The notes under the pieces are model-generated. The model searched no databases and was not told the origin of the DNA. It worked only from the letters and a program-made list of their open reading frames with translations. From NCBI GenBank assembly GCA_034780895.1, contig JAUZTB010000011.1, positions 56,948,073-57,012,072 of the forward strand: a DNA stretch of 64,000 bases, read 5' to 3'. Every line of letters begins with the position of its first letter. The stretch's first letter is position 1. The translations under genes were made by a program, and so were the position numbers. Below, piece by piece: positions 38,301 through 50,200 of the stretch. The DNA is from Rhynchobatus australiae. Lineage: Eukaryota.

Positions 38301-39130
38301 AGTTCAAAACNNNNNNNNNNNNNNNNNNNNNNNNNNNNNNNNNNNNNNNNNNNNNNNNNNNNNNNNNNNNNNNNNNNNNNNNNNNNNNNNNNNNNNNNNN
38401 NNNNNNNNNNNNNNNNNNNNNNNNNNNNNNNNNNNNNNNNNNNNNNNNNNNNNNNNNNNNNNNNNNNNNNNNNNNNNNNNNNNNNNNNNNNNNNNNNNNN
38501 NNNNNNNNNNNNNNNNNNNNNNNNNNNNNNNNNNNNNNNNNNNNNNNNNNNNNNNNNNNNNNNNNNNNNNNNNNNNNNNNNNNNNNNNNNNNNNNNNNNN
38601 NNNNNNNNNNNNNNNNNNNNNNNNNNNNNNNNNNNNNNNNNNNNNNNNNNNNNNNNNNNNNNNNNNNNNNNNNNNNNNNNNNNNNNNNNNNNNNNNNNNN
38701 NNNNNNNNNNNNNNNNNNNNNNNNNNNNNNNNNNNNNNNNNNNNNNNNNNNNNNNNNNNNNNNNNNNNNNNNNNNNNNNNNNNNNNNNNNNNNNNNNNNN
38801 NNNNNNNNNNNNNNNNNNNNNNNNNNNNNNNNNNNNNNNNNNNNNNNNNNNNNNNNNNNNNNNNNNNNNNNNNNNNNNNNNNNNNNNNNNNNNNNNNNNN
38901 NNNNNNNNNNNNNNNNNNNNNNNNNNNNNNNNNNNNNNNNNNNNNNNNNNNNNNNNNNNNNNNNNNNNNNNNNNNNNNNNNNNNNNNNNNNNNNNNNNNN
39001 NNNNNNNNNNNNNNNNNNNNNNNNNNNNNNNNNNNNNNNNNNNNNNNNNNNNNNNNNNNCAGATGAACACAAATACAGTCTGAGCAAAGTTAGAAAGTAT
39101 CTGAATCCTTAGATTAGACTACACCTTAAC
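35325..39130 (+). mobile_element. Ty3/Gypsy relic B, colinear homologue of relic A (interrupted at 35570-36065 and by a 749-N gap)
   Basis: KFGLLNQGPE; zinc knuckle CYNCHKIRHFTVS* at 36586-36627 (last Cys codon is now TGA); protease LTIIVMDQEHAPAIMGMDWI; nucleotide blocks match the reverse complement of 28.6-30.9 kb; pol-end-like HKYSLSKVRKYLNP after the gap. Confidence 0.75.
35570..36065. mobile_element. Penelope-derived inverted tails
   Basis: Left arm 'aatattcagcaggccaggcagcat'; right arm 'ccagttttgatgaag...tttctctctccacagattctgtctgatctgctgagtat'. Confidence 0.65.
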
Positions 39131-39714
39131 ATTTGCTCCTGAACACACTGAATTATTAATATTTTTTAACTCTCAGTGCCTATGATGGATGATACACAGA
39201 AGTTGTGAGATCTGTGGCATCAGTGGAAGGTTAGCCCTATTTGTAAATACACCATATTTTCCAGTATTATCTGCATCAATATAAAAACAAGATATATAAG
39301 AAGAAAGTTTAACTTTCCACAGAATCTAAATGTGATACTTTCTGAGAATAGACACAGAATTGTGATGCATGTGCATGCTGCACTATAATTGCAATGCAGG
39401 TAAGGTGTCAACTGCTGTTGCCTGTACATTTCAGTGATTTCAGCATCCAGCCAACATTAACCAAGCGATTCTCTGGACACATCAGTAGGGGCTGATATCA
39501 TAATAAACTAGAGTCATGTCTTCTGTGTGAAGTGCTAACATATACAAGCAGTTGTATTGCATTATCAAACAATAATAATGGTTTCTTAACAAGGCTGAAT
39601 ACTTAACAGCTAAGCTACATATATGTTATTCTTAAATGGTCCAATTTTATACTGACAGCTTCTGCTCCTGTTACTGTTGGAAAGCAGATACATCGCGTGA
39701 GCAGAGAAATGGAA

Positions 39715-40160
39715 GTACAATGGTTAAGTTACTGACCCAGCAACCAGAATTCTAAACCATTGATACAGACACATCCATTTGAATCCAACCCTAGGAGCTG
39801 TGGAATTTACATTCAATTAACTAAATGAATGTGCAATGAAATATAAAAAAATAGGTATTGTAAATGGTAACTATAAGGTTACCTGATTATCATAAAAACC
39901 CATTTAGTTCACTGACAGAAAGATATCCTTACCTGGTCTGACATATATGTGAATACAGACCCACCAACAAAGTTGACTATTAAGTACCTCCTCAATTCAG
40001 GGGTTATTAATGATGGGCAATATATGCTGGAGCAACAATCAATCTCCTGGAGGAACTCAGCAGGTCGAGCTGCATCTGAGAGGGGAAGACGCATCTGCGG
40101 TATTTTATGTTGGTAACATACGCTTGTATTGGCAGTGATGTCCACATCTCATGAATGGAA
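39715..40160 (+). mobile_element. Old tRNA-derived shark-type SINE with nested Penelope tail (about 40024-40095, -)
   Basis: 'tggaatttacattcaattaa', 'taaaaacccatttagttcact', 'ccttacctggtctgac', 'gatgggcaa', 'gatgtccacatctcatgaat'. Confidence 0.65.
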
Positions 40161-40624
40161 TGCTTTGGTTTTTGGTATATTATTCATCAGAGGATATATT
40201 GTAAATCTGCAAATCCTCCAGGACATTAAATGCAGAAGTTCAGGGGAACATAAGCTTATACTTTTGGGCCAACAGAATTTAACAAAATAAACTCTCAGGT
40301 CTTAAATATTATAAAAACAATACAGGCAAATGTTCTGCTGTACATGTGCTAGAGAGACCAAAACACAAATTGTTGTTAAAACATCTGAAAAGGAAATTCT
40401 ATTACCATCTGAAAATCTGAAACATTAAGTCAATGTGTAAATTATCTACAGGGAGGGAGAAAGAGAAAAGAACCAGCCAATGTTCTGGAATTCAGCAAAT
40501 AGCTGGACAAATCCCATTTTAAAAAGTGTGATTGCTTACTGCTGCCTCATGTTTAATAATGTAGATTCTGCGGGATTTATCAATTTGCCCAAAACATTTA
40601 ACTGGCTTCTAAGTAATTTACATT

Positions 40625-40885
40625 TAAATAGGTTTAAGGTGAAGAGTAAGAAGTTTAGAGAAGATCTGAACCAGATTTTCTTTCACCCAGAGGGAGGTTA
40701 TAATCTGGAGCACACTATCTGTGAAGGTGGTGGAGGCAGAGATCCTCACATTTAAAAAGCACCTGGACAAGCACTTGAATTGTCAAGGCATAGGCTATGT
40801 GCTGAATTAGTATGGAAAGGTATGTGTTGATCGCCATTGTGGAGCAAAGGGCTTGTTTCTGTGCTGCATGACTATTAAATGACTC
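40625..40885 (+). mobile_element. CR1 3' end
   Basis: RFKVKSKKFREDL...FFTQR; UTR 'gggcttgtttctgtgctgcatgact'. Confidence 0.8.
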
Positions 40886-42519
40886 TAATTTAATTGTCTG
40901 CTGAATATTAGCTTATGAACCAGTGCAATTTTTTATGACATAAATTTTGGCTCCCTCTGCTCTCAGTGTAAATATTCGCTCAAAGCATTCTACATTTTTC
41001 TCCTATCTTCCCAGTTCGGTCACTGTACCTTCTCACCACCTCCACCTTGCTGAGCCTCCTGGAATTTCCAACCAGTTCGCACCTTATATTTTTGGTTCAT
41101 TTGTGTTTACAACTGGTTTGTTTTACATTCAGATCTTAATTAGGTAAGATTTCTTGTCATATCTAAAATTAATTATGAGCACATGCACTTTGACAACACA
41201 TTGCACTATAATTGGGACAAAGGTCTAGCAATAACGCTTCACCCAAATGTAGTCTCTGGGTTCAATTTAAAATTTATCTACAGAGCTAATTCAAAACTCC
41301 TGACTCATTATCCAGGATCCCTGGAGATGGAATATATTTGGTGCATGTTTTAAATACTGCAGCCATTATTTGAAGATGAAAGTAGCCCTTACCTTAATCT
41401 CCAGAAATCTATTGACCATTTCAATTCAGATCATCAATAGGCATGGCAAACCTCATTGCTTATAGTTACCTCAAATTTAATAGTGTTAACGTNNNNNNNN
41501 NNNNNNNNNNNNNNNNNNNNNNNNNNNNNNNNNNNNNNNNNNNNNNNNNNNNNNNNNNNNNNNNNNNNNNNNNNNNNNNNNNNNNNNNNNNNNNNNNNNN
41601 NNNNNNNNNNNNNNNNNNNNNNNNNNNNNNNNNNNNNNNNTAGCAAAGGCAGAGTGTGATTAAGGTAATCAAAATGTAGATGTGGCAAAAGAGAATTAAC
41701 CAATTACTTCCACCTGGTTGTAGCATTATAAATATAGACAGCGCAACTTCCACTCCAGGCATGAACATCAGAAGGGGGCATCTGGATGGTCCTATTGTTT
41801 ATGTTTGTTTTTATTTATGATTAAGTTAACATCAGTGAATGAAGATATTCATTAAATTCTTCTTCAGTCATTTGGATTTTTAAAAATGAACAAACACATA
41901 AGGAACCTCAAAAACATTTACATTCTCCCTTGGTAAAGATTCTATGAAGATTGATGCATAGAAGTTAAGTGTAATGCTTCCAAGCATAGCACATTAAAAA
42001 TCTACGTACACTTGAAGAGGGCTATCACAATCACTGAGTGGAAGGATATACTGGAGCAGTTCAAAAAACAATGTTTCATCTTCAAGATTTCACCTATATA
42101 AGGCACTAAGGACTAACTGGACATCAACAGCATATTCTAATCCAGGAATTCACTTCAGTCACCATTCATTTCCATCCTACTGGAAAAGAGTGTTTATGAA
42201 AATTTCAACTAAGCAAAATGGCTCAATTGTGAGATCCACTGTATTCCTACTCTAACCTAAATAACCACTCTGAGAATACATGTCACCTGAATTAATNNNN
42301 NNNNNNNNNNNNNNNNNNNNNNNNNNNNNNNNNNNNNNNNNNNNNNNNNNNNNNNNNNNNNNNNNNNNNNNNNNNNNNNNNNNNNNNNNNNNNNNNGTCA
42401 CCTGAATTACTTAATCTTGAGAGGTCAGACAGAATTGACAGCTGAAACTGCCCATTTTTAAGCCTCAATGATAAAAATATCTGGATGAAACAAAATTTGA
42501 TTATGACAGATAATCACAC

Positions 42520-42752
42520 TGTTTGGAGTATGAAGAAACAGCTCTTCACAGCTAACGGTTAGGGTTTGGAATGAATTGCCTGAGGTAATAGTGAAAGTGG
42601 AGATATTTGTACAGTATAAAAGAGAGCTTATAAATACTTGAAAGGAAAGAATGTGCAGGTTATTGGAAGAGGATGGGTGAGTGGGGATTCTCATCTGTAT
42701 GCTTTGGACTGGACAGGTTGAACAGCCATTACTAACCATTCTGTGAATCTGT
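42520..42752 (+). mobile_element. Old CR1 3' end
   Basis: 'tggaatgaattgcctgagg', 'ataaatacttgaaaggaaagaatgtgcagg', end 'ttctgtgaatctgta'. Confidence 0.5.
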
Positions 42753-42759
42753 ATCTAGG

Positions 42760-43385
42760 TCTCTGGAGATGCTCTACCTTTTGCCCTTTGGACAGGTGTG
42801 CCACAGGTGCTGGCCCCACTGATGACTCCACTGTTGCTGTTGTGTATGGTGGTGTCAAGGATCCTGTTGTAGCAAGTGGAACACAATCTGACTCATGATC
42901 TAAATGTGACTTTCTTTGACTTGGTCATGCACATACGCATGCACATCCCTTGCTCGAAACATGTGCCCTACATGCAGTCTCCTGCTTTTGTCAGCAAATT
43001 GAACAAGATGCTTCTTGGAACCACAGATATCAATCAACAGTTCCACTTTCCAATTTGTCTGCATCCATTGTGATTTAAGTTGAACCTGACTTGAAATAGC
43101 ATTTCTGACAGTCCATCCTGTTGGAAAGATTCAGTTGTACTAAGCCCAAATTTGTTTGCAAGCATCTTTTCATGAAATGTTTTGCTGGTGTGTATCTTAT
43201 GGTGCTGTGCAAAAGAATGTGATGTTTTAACAGGAAGTTTGTTAAGCAATTTTTCACACCAAAGGAAGAAATCACTTTCAGCATTTACTTTTTTAAGACT
43301 TATGACTCAATCTCTCCTCACCTGACAGATCTGCTGTCCAATAAAGAGTGATGAGCATTGCTCATAACTGGATGTTTCTGATTTC
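42760..43385 (-). mobile_element. Ty3/Gypsy integrase C-terminal relic (probably the 3' part of relic C)
   Basis: LTNFLLKHHILLHSTIRYTPAKHFMKRCLQTNLGLV resembles LANFLL.YR.TPHSTTG.TPAELFMKR.LRT.LDL; then GKW and VHDQV. Confidence 0.7.
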
Positions 43386-43560
43386 TCACAGAATCACAGA
43401 TCATACAGTGCAGAAACAGGCCCTTTAGCCCACTATATCCACCGATTCTAATTCCATTTGCCAGCAATTGGTCCTTGGCCTTCCATGCCTTGGCAATACA
43501 AATGCTCATCCAGATACCTTTTAACTGTTGTGAGATTATCTGCCTCCACCACACACACTT
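43385..43560 (-). mobile_element. CR1 3' end
   Basis: 'cacagaatcacagatcatacagtgcagaaacaggccctttagccc'. Confidence 0.85.
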
Positions 43561-44002
43561 CCATTGGGAACAGCACATCACTGTTCCATAGTATGATTCA
43601 GGGTGAAAACAACCAGGCCTTGTATTTTAATATAGCTTAGATGAAGTTCACAATGTGCTGCCAGAGATTTGTTTGGGCATTAGCATTGGGTTCAGTACAC
43701 CAAAAAAAGGATAAAACCCAATTTCTAAGAATATTCATCTCCAGTTATGTGACCTAGACTTGAATTGCATAAGGAATTGTGTGCAGGTTGTAATAAATGG
43801 GTTTCACACCTGGATTAGTGCAGGTGTGCAGCCTATGGCCTTTTTAATACCATTGTATGAATTGTTAAACATTTCTCCATACTTACTCTGTTAAGTGTCC
43901 AGNNNNNNNNNNNNNNNNNNNNNNNNNNNNNNNNNNNNNNNNNNNNNNNNNNNNNNNNNNNNNNNNNNNNNNNNNNNNNNNNNNNNNNNNNNNNNNNNNN
44001 NN

Positions 44003-44225
44003 AACCACCCATTTACACTAATCCTATTTTATTCTTCTCACATTGATATCAACTCCTCCCAAGTTTACAACTTCCCTATACATTAGGCGCAATTTACATT
44101 GGCCAATTAACCTATCAACCCACTCACCTTTGGAAATTGGGAAGAAGCCGGAGCACCCAGGGGACATGGTCACAGGGAGACTGTGCAAATTCCATGCAGA
44201 TAACATCTGAGGTCAGGATTGAACG
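44003..44225 (-). mobile_element. HE1-type SINE (older)
   Basis: Complement of the V core 'gaagccggagcacccag..gtcacagggagactgtgcaaattccatgcaga' and B box 'aggattgaac'. Confidence 0.8.
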
Positions 44226-44344
44226 ACTGTGCCGTCCCCAATGTTTGACTATAGCTCTCTTCAGATATTGTTGTTTTCTGCCCTTGAGACATGATGGTGC
44301 TTCCAATCCAAGAACACCTTTTTCACAACAGACTTAGTGCTTTC

Positions 44345-44440
44345 TAGTAGGGAGTCAAGGTCTTCCGAAACATTGACAGGTTTCTCTTTCCACAGATGCT
44401 GCCTGACTGGCTGAGTTCTTCCAGCATTTCAGTTTTTGTT
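44345..44440 (+). mobile_element. Penelope-derived tail fragment
   Basis: 'ccgaaacattgac..tttctctttccacagatgctgcctgactggctgagttcttccagcattt'. Confidence 0.7.
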
Positions 44441-44444
44441 CCAA

Positions 44445-45525
44445 TCATTGTAGACTTCAGAATTGACTAAAACTTTGGGTGCTCCAAGACTGCTGTGGTG
44501 TGGGATTTGTCAAGTTGTTTGTAAGGCCCCAGTTAAATCGAGCTATCTTTGCAGCATTCCCGAGACCTTCGACATTGATTTTTCTGTGGCAGTGTTTCTG
44601 TGACCATCACTATTAAGGGACAGGTTAATGGAGATGACAAACCAGGTTTGCGGTGTTAGATCCATCAGTTGTTGACAACTATCATGGTACAAGTAATGCA
44701 GATATTATTCGAGCAGTAACATAATCTAACAGCTGCTAGTGCCTGGACTGAGGGTGTTGCCATGAAATATATTTGTCTCTCTGATGAAACATTGTGTATA
44801 TATTTGTCAAGTATAGTAATATAGTAATTTGTCAAGAGGACGATTCTATCAGATTTAGCTTTCCTTTCACCCTCCTTGCTAATTTCCCCTTTCCAGAGAT
44901 GTATGTCTTTTTCATCCATTGCCATGAAGTTTTCCAGGAAGATCAGTTTGTCTCCTCTTGGGACTTGAGCCAGGGATTGTTCCAAGTTGGAATAGAATTT
45001 CTCTTTGGCCTTATCCATCATTTTCACGTTAACACACTTCCACTGATGACTTTAGCATGATCTGCATGTGAGTAAACTGGAGGGTTATGAAATGCCGACT
45101 TATCCCAAGACTCCTAACACAAGCTTGACAATGAAATGTACTGCATGAAACCAACATTCCTCATTAGTTTGCCTTTCCAGAATTGAAGTTGTTACCTTGG
45201 TCTTTGAGACGGCCTTCTCCTGCCTGTTGGATCACACTCAGAGCGCCAATATCAATGTTGAAGTGTCTGAATTCCCAAGTTATGATAGCAATGTGATGCT
45301 CAGATGTGTTACTATTGGGATAGTGCATGGGAGTCCTGACATTTCCAATTCTAAACTTTATTTTGAGGATGTGAGAATGAGGAGGTGTGAATTCTTAAAA
45401 TGTAGGATGGGCATTACACACCAGCAACCACCTGGACTTGACAGAGCAGATCTTTGTCCAACGGAAAGGAGGTCCAAGGTCGCTGGAGATCAAGGTCTCC
45501 TCCATGGACTTAGCACCTGCATTTA
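44445..45525 (-). mobile_element. RTE-clade LINE 5' part (5' UTR plus APE endonuclease), 3'-truncated
   Basis: NVRT..FNIDIGALS..AGEGRLKDQG..WKGK; KEKFYSNLEQSLAQVPRGDKLIFL.NF...WKG.I.KEG. Confidence 0.85.
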
Positions 45526-45529
45526 ATGT

Positions 45530-46140
45530 TACCCTGCATACCCACACACACATCACTCCCATGCATACACATTCCTTTCCCACACATACAGAAGGACACA
45601 GAACATTTTAAGATTTTGTCCACAAACTATTCTCAATGGCCCCAACCATTTGTTCTTTCTTCCTCAATTCACTTTCTCTCTCTCCCATTCTCCCAACCCT
45701 CCATTTCCTTTCCCCACTATTCCATAGAACCATAGAACAATACAGCACAATACAGGCCCTTTGGCCCACTGTGTTATGCCGCCCATCAAACCACACCTCA
45801 CACTATCTAACCCTTTCCTCCCACATATCCCTCTATCCCACATTCCTCCATATGCTTATCCAACAACCTCTTGAACCTGTCCAACATATCTGCCTCCACC
45901 ACCACCCCAGGCAGTGCATTCCATGCACACACCACTCTCTGGGTGAAAAACCTCCCTCTGACATCTCCGCTGAACTTCTCACCCATTACTTTAAAGTCAT
46001 GCCCTCTTGTCAAAATAGGCTTTCAACCTGGAACATCAACAATTTCTTTCTCCCACAGATGCTGCTTGACCCACTGAGTTCCTCTAGCAGATTGTTTGTT
46101 GCTCCACATTCTAGCACTTACAGTCTCTTGTCTCCCCTAA
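45530..46140 (+). mobile_element. Penelope-like 3' region split by a CR1
   Basis: Pyrimidine-rich tract to 45720; tail 'cccacagatgctgcttgacccactgagttcctctagcag' resumes after 46010. Confidence 0.6.
45722..46010 (-). mobile_element. Young CR1 3' end
   Basis: TRGHDFKVMGEKFSGDVRGRFFTQRVVCAWNALP; same subfamily as 11750-12040. Confidence 0.95.
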
Positions 46141-46284
46141 ATATAATTTCATTTAGAGTTTTTTTTAGGGGAATAGTCCTGAAATTCTAGAAATTAGTAT
46201 CTTGGTTCATACAGAGCAACTGCAACAGCATCAAATCTTCATCTTGCTGTGCTTGTCATTAACTAAAAATTGCCTCTGAAATCT

Positions 46285-46515
46285 TGAGCAACAAACAATC
46301 TGCTGAAGGAACGCAACTGAGCAGCATCTTTGGGAGGAAAGGAATTATTGACATTTCAGGTTGAAACTCTGCATCAGAAACTTTTGTCCTGATGTAGGGT
46401 TTCAACCCAAAATGTCGACAATTCATTTCTTCCCAAAGTGGTGCTTGACCCTCTGAGTTCCTCCAGCAGATTGTTTGTTGCTCCAGATTCCAGTATCTGT
46501 GGTCCCTTGTGTCTC
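46285..46515. mobile_element. Inverted pair of Penelope tails with two divergent hammerhead-like motifs
   Basis: Arms 'gagcaacaaacaatctgctg' and 'cagcagattgtttgttgctc'; minus motif 46345-46378, plus motif 46384-46421. Confidence 0.8.
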
Positions 46516-46559
46516 CTCTGAAACCTTGAGACATTTCTCCCAGAGAGTTGAGAATCGGA

Positions 46560-46912
46560 GTAATGGTTGACTGTTCACAATGGGAGAAAATAGTGTTTTT
46601 TTTGGCTAAGATCAGTGTTGGGGTCACTAATATTCACCATCACATCTGAATTAATAGATTAAATTAAATTGGTTGGGATCGTCAATAATGAGGAGGAATG
46701 CAACAAAGTTCATGAAGATATTCGAACCCTTTCAGATTGGAAAAACAGGCAATTAGGAAGTTCAACACAGATAAATGCAGGATTGTGCGTTATTTCAGAA
46801 GAATCGAAGGATCACTTACTGTTTGGCTGGTGCTGGTCTCAGTTGGAACAAAGACACTTCTGTAAAAAATACACCGATCACTAAAATTTACGGCACAGGT
46901 TAGCAAGGCCAT

Positions 46913-46964
<52 letters not shown>

Positions 46965-47595
46965 TTTATTTATTTTTAGAGGATAAAAGTGAAAAGTAGG
47001 GAAGTTGTAATAAAACTGTACTGATCATTGGTTAGACCATACTTAAGAGAACTGTGCACAGTTCTAATTGCCATGTTATTAAGGATGTAGAGGCACTGTA
47101 GAGGTTACAGAGGAGATTTCCAGGATGATAAGGAAAGGTTGAACAGACTGGACATCTTTTCTCTTGAGAGAAGAATGAGGAATGACCTAACAGAGGTCTT
47201 TCAAATAATAAAGGCTTTGATAGAGTGAATGCAGAAAGAATGCTTCCACAGGGAAGGACATAACTGAGGCCATCAATAATATATCATTACCATGAAATCC
47301 ATCAGGGATTACCCAAAATGTGGTGAGAATGTGAAGATCACTATCCAGAGAGTGGTTTTAGCAAATAGTGTGCATACATTTAAAGGGAGCTGAGAAACAA
47401 AGAGGGAGACAAACAAGAGGGAGAAGAGAACAGAGAGATAAGATGATAGATTGAGACATTCAGGAAGTTTGGTAGATTTTTAGATGTTAAGGGAATCAAG
47501 GAATAAAGGGTCACTGTAGGAGGAGAGCATAAGCATAAGGGTGAACAGATTGGACTGAACATCTGTTTCTTTGCTGTATATCCTGCACACTATAT
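46560..47595 (+). mobile_element. Old CR1 RT and 3' region containing a CA microsatellite
   Basis: KLVGIVNNEEEC.K..EDI; VIKLY*SLVRP.L; CAQF*LP; KDVEAL*RLQRRF.RMI. Confidence 0.75.
46916..46961. repeat. (AC)23 perfect microsatellite
   Basis: Direct read. Confidence 0.98.
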
Positions 47596-47759
47596 GCACC
47601 AATTCCTTCATTGTTCTCATTAACCTTCATGCAATGGAATTTAACATGATTAACTGACCTCACCCTCAATTTAGGCTGCAATCTAAAAGCTGCTGTAACA
47701 TAACCATTAATTTGGGATCCAAAGCAGATGGCTATATTGAATTTGTATCACTGCTCTGG

Positions 47760-48900
47760 AAAATTCCAATGGTATTCCCCCAAGCAGGTTGTATAGCCTT
47801 TCCTCATTGGTGTTGGTTAAATGCAGCAGTCTGCTCTTATGACTATGTACGGCATGATCCATTTAGGGCAATCAAAGTTTTCTGCATTTAACTCTGCTGT
47901 CTCCATTGAAATTGCTCTCTGACAAGCTTTCTCAAAAGTATGTTTGGACACATTGAGCAACTTGATTGAATCCTTCCAACAGTCAATCCACAAACTAGTC
48001 TGTACCTTGGTGCTTTGTGAAGAAACACACCAAACATCTCAATGTAAAGAAAGTTTCTTCAGTGTCACAGTATAATTGCTGATGGAGCTTAGTATGCATT
48101 TGATTCTGTCCTGTGGAATTGTAGCCTTCAGTAATCTCTGAAGATGCAGGGTTGAAGTCTCCTGTAATTATTTTGCATCCAAAAGAAGACATTTATTGCT
48201 TCTCCTGCACTGTCTTGATGATCATTTCAGAATTTTACATTAGAACATACGAAATAGAAATATGAGCAGGTCATTCAGTGCCTCACACCTGCCACCATTC
48301 AATAAGATCATGACTTATCTTCAGCCTCAGTGCCACTTTCCTGCAGTAAACCTATATCTCTTGATTCCCTTGATATTCAAAAATCTATCAGTCTTGGTCT
48401 TGAATAACCACAATGTCTGAGCCTCTACATCTCTCTTGAGTAAAGAATTCCAAAGATACATTGGGCAAAGAAATGTTACCTCACCTCACTCCTAAATGGC
48501 TAAACCTTTATATCCCATCATCTAGACTTGGGATCCTGGACCCTCCAGCCTGGGGAGAGGTCATCTGTATATATAAACATAAAGACATGAGAAAGTGATT
48601 TAGGCCCTCATGTTTGTTCCATAATACAATAAGATCATGGTTTGGTTGATCTTTTATGTCTGGTTCACTTTCTTGTCCAAACTCCTCAATGGTTCCCTTA
48701 ATATCTAAGAAAATATCCTGCCTACCTTTTGCAGTGCCATAAGCCCCATTCAAACTCACAGCATCTGCATTTATTTATTTTCAATAAATCATTTTTTTTG
48801 GTATTTGTGATACAAAAGAGCCTAAACTGTATCTAAGTATAGAACTCTAGTAAATGTAAATATTTGCCACATCATTGGTGATAGTTTTGTTCAGGTGTTA
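47760..48900 (-). mobile_element. Ty3/Gypsy relic C: gag, split by a CR1 at 48241-48718
   Basis: FRLFCITN..AYGT | FNPASSEITEGY..QNQ; SISNYTVTLKKLSLH; RYRLVCGL..IQ.KLL...HTFEKACQRAISMETAE. Confidence 0.75.
48241..48718 (-). mobile_element. Older CR1 3' ends (apparently two in tandem)
   Basis: 'agaacatacgaaatag..caggtcattcag..ccattcaataagatcatg'; a second start near 48572 'taaacataaagacatgagaaag..aataagatcatgg'. Confidence 0.75.
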
Positions 48901-50051
48901 CCAGTAAACACAGGTGCACAGATGAAAACAGTCTTGAGTAAATCTGATGTAACATTTAGAGCTCCCTGCTCCTGCATATTTTTCTGCATGTTCTGCAAGT
49001 TGTTAGACTATGAACTCAAAAAAGTTTATTCTGACAATGAGGAGGAGATTGAAAGATAAAGTGAAGCTATCCAAAGTAGCAAAGTGTGTCCCTTCATCAT
49101 CCAATGTTTGTGGTGGCAGAGCAAGTCACAGTAACACCAGAGTTCATCTGGATAATGAAAGGCGTGGATTCATTGAGCAGGACTTGCAACCGGTAAAAGG
49201 GAAAGGCAGAACAGAACGTTGGGAACCTGAGAGTGCATGCTGAAGGACAAGAATCCTTCACTTCATATACTGTGAAGACATGTGTTCTCATAATAAAACA
49301 ACCTTTTGAATTTGAAGGTGTCTCATGGTGCCTGCACAAAATAAAGCTCTACAAGAACAAGAAATAGATTAAGACACTTTTGTCATTTTCCCACACTTCC
49401 TGGTGCCATACAAGCCATGACTTTTTACTTGATGAGGGAATGGAGAGAATGCAGAATTATTTCAAGCCAGCACCCTCTGAGATTGTAAAAAGCCACTGAT
49501 ATGGGACCAACCAGCCAACAAGGATGAGATGAGAACATTGGCTGAAGAACATTGCAGTTTCAGCATCTTTCTAACCAAGTACTGTGGGACAGGGTCATAT
49601 ATAGCTTAATTCAAAATCAGGTTCAATCCAAATTATTAACTGCACATGGTCTATTGGTGGTCAAATATGTATGATAGCCATATCAATGGAGGTGGCTTCT
49701 AAAAACATCAAAGAACTTCAGCTGATGCAATCTGTAGAGAAACTTGGTTTCAAAGGCAGAGGCATCAGTGTTAGGACCGCGTCATAAGTGAGAGTGCAAT
49801 GAAAAGTGAGACAAGTAGAGAGAGATGCTACTGATACAGTGGGGATCACCCATTAAAACTATGCAGCAAAATGCTTTATTTGTAAAAGGTGTGGCTGCAT
49901 TGGCTGGACCAGACACAAATATAAAAACAAAACAATGTCAGTCAAGTGGATTTTCCGAGCAGGGAAAATGTTGACAATGGGAAACTGCAAAGAAGAGGCT
50001 TGTTTAACATTGAGGCTAGTGATCCTAAGCACAGACTTTAAACAGTAATTC

Positions 50052-50200
50052 AAGATTCAAGATTCAAGATTTACTTTATTGTCATTTCTCTGAGTATTTA
50101 CATACACAAAAAAATGAAATACTGTTTCTCACCAGCTCGTATCAGTGCAACAAAAAGAACAGTGATAAATATCTAAAATAATCTATAAAAACATCTCTAA
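50052..50200 (-). mobile_element. Rex1-like 3' tail with (TTGAATC)n end
   Basis: 'caagattcaagattcaagatttactttattgtcat'. Confidence 0.55.

Noticed and set aside
38245-39112. Long 260-280 aa ORFs
   Set aside because: Read-through of the 749-N gap; the same applies to other X-filled ORFs.
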